This document shows, piece after piece, positions 47,170 to 57,280 of a DNA stretch of 63,025 nucleotides. The position numbers were made by a program, and so were the translations under genes. Source of the stretch: Verrucomicrobiota bacterium (lineage in GTDB: Bacteria > Verrucomicrobiota > Verrucomicrobiia > Limisphaerales > UBA1100); NCBI GenBank assembly GCA_030747505.1, contig JASLKQ010000005.1, positions 1 through 63,025 of the forward strand, written 5' to 3'. The stretch's first letter is position 1. Each line of letters starts with the position of its first letter. The notes beneath the pieces are model-generated. The model saw only the letters and a program-made list of their open reading frames with translations. It had not been told where the DNA came from and ran no database searches.

Positions 47170-48474
47170 ATGACTTGGCACAAGCAACTGCACTGGCAGA
47201 TCATTATTGGTATGGTCATGGGGGCGCTCTACGGAGTACTTGCGGCAAACCAAGGTTGGGGAGAATTCACTCAAAATTGGATTAGCCCTTTTGGTAAAAT
47301 TTTCCTGAATCTCCTCAAACTAATCGCCATGCCACTGGTGCTTACCTCGCTAATCTGCGGGGTGGCATCCTTATCAGATTTCAAAAAACTTTCACGAATG
47401 GGAAGTAAAACCATTGGCCTTTATTTGGCCACCACGGCAATCGCTGTCACGATTGGCCTGTGTGTGGTTAACACCATCAACCCCGGTGACAAACTGCCTA
47501 AGGAAACCGTCGAAAACCTCAAGGCACAATACGAAGCTGACGTCGCCAAGCGTAGCGAAGTGGCTGACAGCGCGAAAGAGCGCCGACCACTGCAGCCCTT
47601 GGTGGACATGGTTCCTGATAATTTCTTTGGATCGGCCAGTAGTAACCGCAATATGCTGCAGATTGTTTTCTTCAGCCTGCTGATGGGAATTGCCCTGATC
47701 CAGATAGAGAAAGACAAACGCAAACCGGTCTTTGATGTCATCAATGGACTGCAGGAAGTTGTTATCAAGATCGTGTTTATTATCATGATGATAGCCCCGG
47801 TAGGTGTATTTGCATTAATCGCAAACACCATCACCACGCTCGCCAAGGATGACCCTCACCAAATCGTGTCCTTGCTCGGTTCCTTGGGATGGTATTGTGC
47901 CGCCGTCATAATCGGCCTCCTCATCCATACGTTGGTTGTATACATCGGCTTACTGAAGGTGTTCACCAACATTTCTCTTAAACATTTTTTCAAGAGTATT
48001 GGGCAGGCACAACTGCTGGCATTTTCTACCAGCAGTAGTGGTGCCACCCTGCCGGTCACCATGAAGTGCGCTGAGGAAAAACTGGGCGCATCCAAGGAAG
48101 TATCCTCATTTGTTCTGCCCTTGGGAGCGACCATCAATATGGACGGCACGGCCCTCTATCAGGCAGTAGCCGCAGTCTTTATTGCTCAAGCCAGTGGAAT
48201 AGATCTCACCATGGGAGCACAGATTACAATTGTACTGACAGCCGTACTCGCCTCGGTGGGCACCGCAGCCGTGCCCGGGGCTGGGGTAGTGATGTTAATC
48301 ATTATTCTTGAGGCAATTAATGTCCCCGGTGCAGGCATTGCCCTCATTCTGGGAGTAGACCGTATTCTTGACATGTGCCGTACCGTGGTAAATGTTACTG
48401 GAGACTCGGCGGTGAATGCGATCATCGCCAATTCGGAGAACCAACTGGATCCCCCTCCAGCTCCGACAAGCTAG
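47170..48474 (+). CDS. Dicarboxylate/amino acid:cation symporter (GltP/DctA family)
   Basis: AFSTSSSGATLP, GATINMDGTA and GVDRILDMCRT motifs. Confidence 0.95.
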   Translation: MTWHKQLHWQIIIGMVMGALYGVLAANQGWGEFTQNWISPFGKIFLNLLKLIAMPLVLTSLICGVASLSDFKKLSRMGSKTIGLYLATTAIAVTIGLCVVNTINPGDKLPKETVENLKAQYEADVAKRSEVADSAKERRPLQPLVDMVPDNFFGSASSNRNMLQIVFFSLLMGIALIQIEKDKRKPVFDVINGLQEVVIKIVFIIMMIAPVGVFALIANTITTLAKDDPHQIVSLLGSLGWYCAAVIIGLLIHTLVVYIGLLKVFTNISLKHFFKSIGQAQLLAFSTSSSGATLPVTMKCAEEKLGASKEVSSFVLPLGATINMDGTALYQAVAAVFIAQASGIDLTMGAQITIVLTAVLASVGTAAVPGAGVVMLIIILEAINVPGAGIALILGVDRILDMCRTVVNVTGDSAVNAIIANSENQLDPPPAPTS

Positions 48475-48502
48475 GATTCCCCAATCCTAACCCCAACTGA
48501 AA

Positions 48503-48799
48503 ATGCCCGCCCTGCAGTCGGCAACTGGCGGAATCGGTGGCTATTACAGCTTCCGCATGATGCCTTACAGAACTTTGCGCTTTCCCGGCAGCGAAAGCGC
48601 ATCTGCTTTGCCGGCGTCCATGGATCAACGTTATGGCTACAGTCAATCACCGGCAACCATCCCTCAGTACTCCACCAACAATGCAATATTGGGTTTGCGA
48701 CCGTTTGTTGATCGAGGCAACCCCGTCCTCGTGTATGCTCAACATCAGGTAAATGCTGGAGTTGGCCCTTTCAAGCAGGGCTTAAACGTCTATATTTGA
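48503..48799 (+). CDS. Hypothetical protein (98 aa)
   Basis: ATG-initiated ORF filling the symporter-eno gap on the same strand; no recognisable motif. Confidence 0.4.
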   Translation: MPALQSATGGIGGYYSFRMMPYRTLRFPGSESASALPASMDQRYGYSQSPATIPQYSTNNAILGLRPFVDRGNPVLVYAQHQVNAGVGPFKQGLNVYI

Positions 48800-48815
48800 G
48801 GCGTTATTACCCTAA

Positions 48816-50156
<1,341 letters not shown>

Positions 50157-50175
50157 GTTTAAAGACCAACTTAAA

Positions 50176-50206
50176 GAAAAAGCCGGAGTCTTCCTCCGGT
50201 TTTTTT
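50176..50206 (+). terminator. Rho-independent terminator after eno
   Basis: A-run, gccggag-tcttc-ctccggt hairpin, then T7. Confidence 0.85.
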
Positions 50207-50219
50207 AGTGACTTCTGGT

Positions 50220-50248
50220 TTGCGGGCTGACTGCATAAGGCGTAAAGT
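50220..50248 (+). promoter_or_regulatory. sigma70-like promoter, probably leaderless
   Basis: TTGCGG-N17-TAAAGT, ending 6 nt before ATG 50255. Confidence 0.55.
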
Positions 50249-50254
50249 TATACT

Positions 50255-52522
50255 ATGAAGCGCACACTCCTAGGTCTGTTGACTTTCTGCCTGTGGTTTC
50301 CTTCGACGGGAGCGGGCAAACCGACGGCATCGGCAGTCGGCGCTTTCTTCATTGATGAAGTGTGGGCAAAGGTTGGTGAGCGAACTTGTCTCAAGTGTCA
50401 CAACACCGAGGGGGATGCCTCTGAGAGCAAGTTTCTGATGCAGGATACTTCCCGGGATCTCAATGGGCTCAGTAAAAACCTTGAGGTGTTTTTGCAGATG
50501 GCCGCCAAGCGCAAGGCGGGCAAATCACGCTTGCTCGAAAAACCCACCGGCGGCCTAAAACATGAGGGTGGCGTGGTGCTTAAACCCGACTCAAGTGGCT
50601 ACCGGATCCTGGAAGAGTTCGTTGACCGGTTAAGTGAATTTCAGGGCAGGAAAGATCTGCTCGCCGGTCATCATCAACCACCATTCTTTAATGGGCTTAC
50701 AATGATGGCGCCTGATCGGTTGCTGCGGAGGGTTACATTGTCTCTTGCCGCTCGGTTGCCCACAAAAGAGGAGCACGCGGCGCTCAATAAGCGCGGCCTG
50801 AGGGCGTTGGATTCGATTCTTGATGAGCTCATGAAGGAGGAGGCCTTCTACGAGCGGCTGCTGGAGGGCTTTAACGATGTGTTCCTCACACAAGGCTATG
50901 ATGGCAACAGCGAACGGATACTGTCCTACGATCACTTCAACAAGAGCAGGAATTGGTTCCTGAAGCATGACCTGAATCATGTGCCCGAGAAGGAACGGCA
51001 AAAGGCGCGTTACAAGCTGGCCGGTGATTACCGCCAGGCGCTCCGGCGCGAGCCTCTGGAGTTGATCAGGTACATCGTTGCCAATGACCGCCCGATTACC
51101 GAGCTGGTTACTGCCGACTACATCATGGTCTCGCCGTATTCAGCGCGTGGCTACGGGATTTATGAGCAGGTGCGCAAAAAGTTCAAGAATCCCGATGATC
51201 ACCTTGAATATATTAGGACCCAATTGCCGGCCCTCAAGGCGCGCAGCGGGAAAGTCCAGAAATCAGAAACCGGGCGTTACCCGCACTCAGGCTTGTTGAG
51301 CACATTCCAATACCTACGCCGATACCCGACGACCGATACCAACCGCAATCGGTTGCGCGCCAGAATGTACTATCAGTTTTTCCTAGGGGTAGACATTCTG
51401 GAACTGGCCTCGCGTGTCAACGACGCAGCGGCCATTAGCGCTAAATTTGACAACCCAACGATGCAGGCTCCAGACTGCGTTGTCTGCCACCGGACCCTTG
51501 ACCCGGTAGCGGGGCTTTTCCAGGACTTCAACGCCGAGGGGCACCTGGGCCCGCGGAAAGAGGGCTGGTACAAGGATGTGTTTGGGCCGGGGCTAGAGGG
51601 CGAGGGGCTCCCCCAAAAAGAGCAATGGCGCGCATTGCAGTGGCTGGGCGAGCGTACCGCAAAAGACCCGAGGTTCACCGTGGCGATGGCTGAACACGTT
51701 TATTACATCCTCATGGGCCGCCGGGTGTTGCTGCCACCTGAGGATATCGATGATCCGATGTTCGGAGCGAGACGCCGCGCGTATAAGCAGCAGCGAAGAC
51801 TGATAGAAGATGCCGCGAAGCGGTGCGCAAACGCCAACTTCAACCTGAAGGTCATTTTCAAGGACTTGATTGCATCGAAACTCTATCGTGTTGACGGCTT
51901 GGCTGCAGCATCTGGAAACCCACAGCGCCAAGAAGAGCTTGATGATGTCGGACTGGTTCGTCTGCTGACCCCTGAACAGCTTGAGCGCAAGTTGACGGCG
52001 TTATTCGGGCAGGAATGGGGGGAGCTCGTGGGGCGCGAAAGTAAATTTATGATACTCTACGGCGGCATCGACTCAAAATCCGTCACCGAACGGATAAGCG
52101 ATCCGAGTGGAGCGATGGGGGCTGTCCAGCGGATCATGGCCAATGATGTAGCCTGCAGGAATGTGGTTCTGGACTTCAGCCGCAAATCCAGGGAACGCCT
52201 TCTCTTCCCGAATATCGAACCGGATGTGGTGCCCGGTGACAAGCCCGACTCTGAGGCAAAAATTCGCCGGGCAATCGTGCATCTGCACCAGCATCTTCTG
52301 GGGCAGGAACACACCGCTTATCATCCTGAAGTTGAGCGGACTTATCAGTTGTTTGCCGGGATCATAGTTGAGGCGCGCGCAACCAAGGGGCTCGATAAGC
52401 GCGAGAGTTATCACTGCGGACGAATTGAGGGCCGCCGGATTGAAGACCCCAACTACACGCTGCGCGCTTGGCGCGGGGTGGTTACTTATCTATTGCGTCA
52501 ACACGACTTTCTCTATGAGTAG
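50255..52522 (+). CDS. Exported di-heme cytochrome c-like protein (DUF1501 partner; PSCyt/DUF1588-like)
   Basis: Signal peptide; CLKCH and CVVCH heme motifs; LLRRVTLSLAARLPT, HSGLLST and NRNRLRAR; directly upstream of DUF1501. Confidence 0.75.
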   Translation: MKRTLLGLLTFCLWFPSTGAGKPTASAVGAFFIDEVWAKVGERTCLKCHNTEGDASESKFLMQDTSRDLNGLSKNLEVFLQMAAKRKAGKSRLLEKPTGGLKHEGGVVLKPDSSGYRILEEFVDRLSEFQGRKDLLAGHHQPPFFNGLTMMAPDRLLRRVTLSLAARLPTKEEHAALNKRGLRALDSILDELMKEEAFYERLLEGFNDVFLTQGYDGNSERILSYDHFNKSRNWFLKHDLNHVPEKERQKARYKLAGDYRQALRREPLELIRYIVANDRPITELVTADYIMVSPYSARGYGIYEQVRKKFKNPDDHLEYIRTQLPALKARSGKVQKSETGRYPHSGLLSTFQYLRRYPTTDTNRNRLRARMYYQFFLGVDILELASRVNDAAAISAKFDNPTMQAPDCVVCHRTLDPVAGLFQDFNAEGHLGPRKEGWYKDVFGPGLEGEGLPQKEQWRALQWLGERTAKDPRFTVAMAEHVYYILMGRRVLLPPEDIDDPMFGARRRAYKQQRRLIEDAAKRCANANFNLKVIFKDLIASKLYRVDGLAAASGNPQRQEELDDVGLVRLLTPEQLERKLTALFGQEWGELVGRESKFMILYGGIDSKSVTERISDPSGAMGAVQRIMANDVACRNVVLDFSRKSRERLLFPNIEPDVVPGDKPDSEAKIRRAIVHLHQHLLGQEHTAYHPEVERTYQLFAGIIVEARATKGLDKRESYHCGRIEGRRIEDPNYTLRAWRGVVTYLLRQHDFLYE

Positions 52523-52549
52523 ACCAACGTTCATTACCCAGAGAACATC

Positions 52550-53842
52550 ATGAATCGCCGTGAATTACTAAAACTCTGCGGATCGGCCGGCTTGGGCTTT
52601 GCCGCGCCAATGGCATTGCCACCCCTTTGCCAAGGGGCCGAACCCAAGGGGCAACTGCCGGACTATGTTGGGCCCTACTACGCCATCTTCAACGCCTCGG
52701 GTGGCTGGGACACCACTTACCTGATGGATCCCAAGGGTGTTGATGGAATCAATCGACTGTATAAGGAAGGTGATATCCTGACCCACGGGAAGCACAAGTT
52801 TGCGCCAACTGCCAAGCAAGTCCAGAAAGGCATCAGCAATGAGGATTTCTTCAGGAAATACGGCAGTGAATTGCTGGTGATAAATGGTCTTGATTACTCG
52901 GTCAACAATCATGCCCCGGGCTCTCGTTACATGGCCACGGGCAAGCTCGACAGCCTCGCCTACCCGACCTTTGCCGCGCTCGTTGCCAGCTGTAGGGGGC
53001 CCGATGTGCCGCTCGCTTTCCTGACCTTTGGCCAATATTCAGCCACGGGAAATTTGGTACCGATGTCCCGGGTGCCGTATTTGAATTCAATGAATCTGCT
53101 GGCCAATGCCGACGGAATTCAGGGTAACAGCCGCAGCCCCTATCACGATGATTTTGTTACTGACCGGATTGAACGCGCCCTGAAGGAGCAGGCAAAAGCG
53201 CGCGCGGCCAAGGTGCGACTACCGCGGGTCGAGCGTTCCCAAAGCATGCTTTACGCCGCGCAACTTAATTCAAAGGCCCTTGAGCGCGTCACCCCCTACA
53301 TCCCCAAGGCCTCGCCCAAAGGACGGCTCTCGCTGCAGGCTGACATTGCGCTGGCCTCATTCAAGGCCGGGGTATGTGTCTCGGCCAATTTATCGATTGG
53401 CCAGTTTGATAGCCACGGCAATAATGATCCTGACCAAATGAGACTGATTTCTGAGTTTCTGGATGGGATCGACTACATGCTCACGAAAGCTGAGGAACTG
53501 AAGATCCGCGATAAACTCGTTATCGTTATCCAAAGCGAAATGGGACGCACTCCAACCTACAACAAGGGCCAAGGCAAGGATCACTGGTCCATTGGCTCGA
53601 TCATGTTCATAGGCCAAGACATCCGAGGCAACCGTGTAATCGGGGCCACTGATAACAATCAGCTGCCGACTCCCGTGAATGCAAAGTCACTGTCCAATGA
53701 CAGGGAAAAAGGAATCCGTGTGCGCCCTGAGCACATCCACAAGGCACTCAGGGAATTTGCCCGGATTGATAAACACAAGTTTAGCAGCCAATTCCCCTTA
53801 AAGGTTTCTGACAAAGACCGACTCCGGGGTTTGTTTGGTTAA
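52550..53842 (+). CDS. DUF1501 family protein (Tat-exported), different subtype
   Basis: NRRELLK; GGWD, NNH, FDSH, SEMGRTP and GKDHW motifs. Confidence 0.85.
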   Translation: MNRRELLKLCGSAGLGFAAPMALPPLCQGAEPKGQLPDYVGPYYAIFNASGGWDTTYLMDPKGVDGINRLYKEGDILTHGKHKFAPTAKQVQKGISNEDFFRKYGSELLVINGLDYSVNNHAPGSRYMATGKLDSLAYPTFAALVASCRGPDVPLAFLTFGQYSATGNLVPMSRVPYLNSMNLLANADGIQGNSRSPYHDDFVTDRIERALKEQAKARAAKVRLPRVERSQSMLYAAQLNSKALERVTPYIPKASPKGRLSLQADIALASFKAGVCVSANLSIGQFDSHGNNDPDQMRLISEFLDGIDYMLTKAEELKIRDKLVIVIQSEMGRTPTYNKGQGKDHWSIGSIMFIGQDIRGNRVIGATDNNQLPTPVNAKSLSNDREKGIRVRPEHIHKALREFARIDKHKFSSQFPLKVSDKDRLRGLFG

Positions 53843-53920
53843 TGGATAATTATATCGCTGATCGATTTAGCCATATCATTCTGTTCTACTTTCGCCTCTT
53901 CCTCAAGAAACGTTGATTCC

Positions 53921-55183
53921 ATGAAAAACCAGCCTCTATCACCTGAACTTTATGAACAGCACCTCGAGGTGACGCGCCGTTATTTCATGCAACTAGGGAC
54001 CGTGGGCCTGACTGCACTGAACACCCAAGGGCTTTGGGCCAGAGATTCAGACGAATCTCTTCTGACTGATGCAACTGAGGACCTGGAATACCTCACCCCG
54101 CCCAACGAGTTTAGGACAGTGGAACGAGGCAAGCCTTTGCCATATACACTACCACTGGAAAAACGTCTGGAATTAGGATTGGAAAGGCGGACCTGGAAAC
54201 TTGAGGTCATTCCTGATCCCAAGAGCAATGTCCAGATGGTCAATCCGCTTTCCCGTGAGAAGGGAAATGCGCTGGACTTCAAGGGACTCATGAAACTGGC
54301 CCAGAAACATGCGGTACGTTTTCTCAAGGTCATGACCTGCCTCAACATGAAAGAGCCCCTGGGAATGGGCCTTTGGGAAGGAGTCCCCTTGCGCAACGTT
54401 ATCTGGACCACCAAACCCACGGCCAACATTCGGCGCGTCTATTTTTACGGGCATCACAATGAGGACCCCAAACAACTATTCCAGAGTTCACTGTCCATTA
54501 ATCGCGTTCTGGAGGATCCTCCGGGCGACAACCCCATCATCCTTTGTTACAAGTTAAATGGCCAGTGGCTTAGTGGCAGGCGTGGCGGACCGGTGCGCAT
54601 GTTGGTTTCCGATGCCTACGGCTTTAAGTCGGTGAAGTGGCTCAAGAGCGTGGTACTCACCAATAATCATCAGGCCAATGACACCTACGCCAAGGGCAAT
54701 AACGACATTGATAGCCCGATGAAATCTATGGCCCGTTTCATCTACAAGCCCCTGAAGGAGAAGGCCGGAACCCCCATCGCGATAACCGGCCTTGCCCACG
54801 TGGGCATAAGCGGATTAAGCAGGGTACAGGTGTGGATCAATCCGCAGGATAAAAAGTGGCCCAAGGAGGATCCCTGCTTTACCAAGGCTCACTGGCAGGA
54901 TGCAAAAATCCTGCCGCCACCCACCAAGTGGGGCGGTGATTTACCCGAAGGCAAGCTACCATCCGATGTGCGATTCTTCACCAGTGAAGGCCAACCCAAG
55001 CACTGGCCCATGCGCTACACGATCGCCCACTGGGCCACGCTCCTCAAGGGTATTGCCCCCGGCAAATATGATATCTATTGCCGCACCATTGATGCCAACG
55101 GAATCGCCCAGCCCATGCCGCGCCCATTCCGAAAATCCGGCCCCAATACAATCCAGAAAACTTCGATTACAATAGAGATTTAG
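53921..55183 (+). CDS. Molybdopterin-dependent oxidoreductase, sulfite oxidase family (Tat)
   Basis: TRRYFMQ; MTC (Mo-ligand Cys), WEGVPL and NGQWL...GGPVRM...YGFKSVKWL motifs; C-terminal dimerisation-like domain. Confidence 0.88.
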   Translation: MKNQPLSPELYEQHLEVTRRYFMQLGTVGLTALNTQGLWARDSDESLLTDATEDLEYLTPPNEFRTVERGKPLPYTLPLEKRLELGLERRTWKLEVIPDPKSNVQMVNPLSREKGNALDFKGLMKLAQKHAVRFLKVMTCLNMKEPLGMGLWEGVPLRNVIWTTKPTANIRRVYFYGHHNEDPKQLFQSSLSINRVLEDPPGDNPIILCYKLNGQWLSGRRGGPVRMLVSDAYGFKSVKWLKSVVLTNNHQANDTYAKGNNDIDSPMKSMARFIYKPLKEKAGTPIAITGLAHVGISGLSRVQVWINPQDKKWPKEDPCFTKAHWQDAKILPPPTKWGGDLPEGKLPSDVRFFTSEGQPKHWPMRYTIAHWATLLKGIAPGKYDIYCRTIDANGIAQPMPRPFRKSGPNTIQKTSITIEI

Positions 55184-55186
55184 AGG

Positions 55187-55516
55187 CTATGCGCACCGCA
55201 CGCACAACACCACATCAGGTGAAACCTCAAGGCGAACCTCAGCAATGAGTTGCTTGCATTTGCCACACAAGCCATAGGTTCCCTTATCCATCCGTTTAAG
55301 AGCATTGGCAATACGCTGGAGTTGCTGCTCCTGCCGACGACGCAGTTCAAGGGCCATCTGCTGGTTTTGCATGGCATCCATACGCGAAAGACGCCCAATC
55401 GAGGTGTCCAGTTCCACCACACCCGAATCCTCTTTGCTGGATTCCATGGCGGAACGAATTTCTTCAGCCAATAACTCGAGGCGGGAACGAAAATGATCGA
55501 GGCGGTCCGTATCCAT
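55187..55516 (-). CDS. TraR/DksA C4 zinc-finger protein
   Basis: IGRLSRMDA and ALKRMDKGTYGLCGKC...RL...LCVRC motifs. Confidence 0.92.
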   Translation of the reverse strand: MDTDRLDHFRSRLELLAEEIRSAMESSKEDSGVVELDTSIGRLSRMDAMQNQQMALELRRRQEQQLQRIANALKRMDKGTYGLCGKCKQLIAEVRLEVSPDVVLCVRCA

Positions 55517-55534
55517 GAACCAAAAAAACTACTG

Positions 55535-56458
55535 TTAATCTTGCTCAACTCCCATCTTCTCAAAGAAGACAACGTGCTGCCAAGGAAGCTTCTTGTATGT
55601 TTCCACATGCTTAAGAGGAAACAAGGACGCTTCTTTAATCACCTGTTCTTCAGTCATCTTGTGCAGGCGTTTGATCGGCACTTTAGGGTCTTCAGCGCGG
55701 TATTCCACGAAGGCCACGCGACCTCCCGGAATCCATATTTTGGTTCCGGGATTAAGGGCATCCCATTGCTCATGCTCAATCTTATCGTTCAACATTTGGA
55801 TGCGGCGATATAACTTATTATAGTCCTTCCCTATTGATTCAAGGGTTTCTCCCTTCTTTACTTTATGAATGGTCGCTGGCTTGAGAGCCTTCACAATGCC
55901 ACTCATCATTTCATAGGGATGTGAAAATTCATGGTACACATCAACCATGATGACAAGATCCATGGAGTTAGCGTCAAGATTCGGATCCTTTATTGTACCG
56001 AGATGGTCCTTCACATTGGTGATAGCTGCCTCCTTCATATTTTTTTTCAGATCATCCAGCATCTTTTGCTCAATATCCACACCTAGAACAACACCTTGAA
56101 GTCCAATTTTCTTCGCCATGCGCCGTGCGATGTAACCTGTCCCCACACCAATATCGGCTACTTGGTTGCCGGGCCTAAGATTAAGGCATTTAATCATCTC
56201 TTCGGTGTTCTCCTCTTTTTCTCGCTCAGGTCGCTCCAACCAAGTCGCCCCCGCATGACCCATTACATGAGAGATCTGTCTTCCCATATAAAACTTACCG
56301 ATGCCTTCAAAATTGGATCGTAGCACCTGCTGGTACAACGCATCCGTACCCGACAGTGTAACTGGACCGAAAGGCTTAGGCTTAACCGTTTTATCCTGCG
56401 CAACCAGAAACCCCGTAGCGCAGAGGGAAAGGGAGAGTAATTTACAAATCCTCGTCAT
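55535..56458 (-). CDS. Class I SAM-dependent methyltransferase with signal peptide and an inserted LysM domain
   Basis: YMGRQISHVMG, WLERPERE, ADIGVGTG, VDVYHEF and LKP-[LysM]-GGRVAFVEYR motifs. Start at 56458 (ATG) or 56467 (GTG). Confidence 0.9.
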   Translation of the reverse strand: MTRICKLLSLSLCATGFLVAQDKTVKPKPFGPVTLSGTDALYQQVLRSNFEGIGKFYMGRQISHVMGHAGATWLERPEREKEENTEEMIKCLNLRPGNQVADIGVGTGYIARRMAKKIGLQGVVLGVDIEQKMLDDLKKNMKEAAITNVKDHLGTIKDPNLDANSMDLVIMVDVYHEFSHPYEMMSGIVKALKPATIHKVKKGETLESIGKDYNKLYRRIQMLNDKIEHEQWDALNPGTKIWIPGGRVAFVEYRAEDPKVPIKRLHKMTEEQVIKEASLFPLKHVETYKKLPWQHVVFFEKMGVEQD

Positions 56459-56741
56459 GAAATTCACCTAATTGGCGTATGAAAGTATAGTGGTAAGGGT
56501 AAAGTACTAGAGTTCGCTTCGCTGCCTCCTTGCCGTTGGCTGGAACCGTAAAGGGAAGACTTAACACGTACAGGGCACTCCCTCCAGCAAGAGCTAAAAT
56601 CCCCAACGGTCGACATATGAACACATCAGCAATAATTGCTGGAGCATCCTTCCCTGATCCAGCCGGGTTTGCGTTTACCTTTCCTGTAAATACCATGGAT
56701 ACTACCAAAAGAACCACCAAGTTTTGTTTGAGCTTTCCCAT
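56442..56741 (-). CDS. Conserved small exported/membrane hypothetical protein
   Basis: Strong AGGAGG RBS before ATG 56741; D...RPLG...G...VLSLPF...LV..P..YTF.R.LG pattern. Confidence 0.75.
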   Translation of the reverse strand: MGKLKQNLVVLLVVSMVFTGKVNANPAGSGKDAPAIIADVFICRPLGILALAGGSALYVLSLPFTVPANGKEAAKRTLVLYPYHYTFIRQLGEFHDEDL

Positions 56742-56846
56742 CCTTAACCTCCTTGCCTCATAAGAATCTATTAAGCCCGCAAAGTCAATCCACACTTGGC
56801 CACAGTAGACTTGCCATTAACGAAGCTAAGAGGCTAAATCTGCTCC

Positions 56847-57224
56847 GTGGAAAAGGCAGATCGAGCATGGGAAACTGGGTGTCATCTCTCCCCTTTGGCA
56901 CTCTTAATTGGCATTCCGGCGGCTAATATAGTGGCTCCTCTGGTGATTTGGTTTGTTCGCAAAAACAGCTCCCCATCCACCGACCGTCATGGGCGTGCGG
57001 TGTTGAATTTTCAGATTTCCATAACCCTTTACTTCGCCGGACTTTTCCTCCTGAACATTATCGCCCAAAAAACCTCCAGCCTTGGCATGCTCGAAACCCC
57101 TGTTGGTATATGCATGCGTACCTGGGCATATCTGAATATATTATTTATCCTACGGGCTGCCTACGATTCTGCCCAAGGGAAACTTTACCAATACCCATTC
57201 TCCATACGTTTCCTCCCCCAATAA
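56847..57224 (+). CDS. DUF4870 (Tic20-like) membrane protein
   Basis: CHLS...APLVIW...HGRAVLNFQIS...G..YQYPFSIRF. Confidence 0.88.
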   Translation: MEKADRAWETGCHLSPLALLIGIPAANIVAPLVIWFVRKNSSPSTDRHGRAVLNFQISITLYFAGLFLLNIIAQKTSSLGMLETPVGICMRTWAYLNILFILRAAYDSAQGKLYQYPFSIRFLPQ

Positions 57225-57280
57225 TACATAACTTAATATCGCGGACGCTCGCTTGCACGGTTTCCAATGCGGATACGGGT

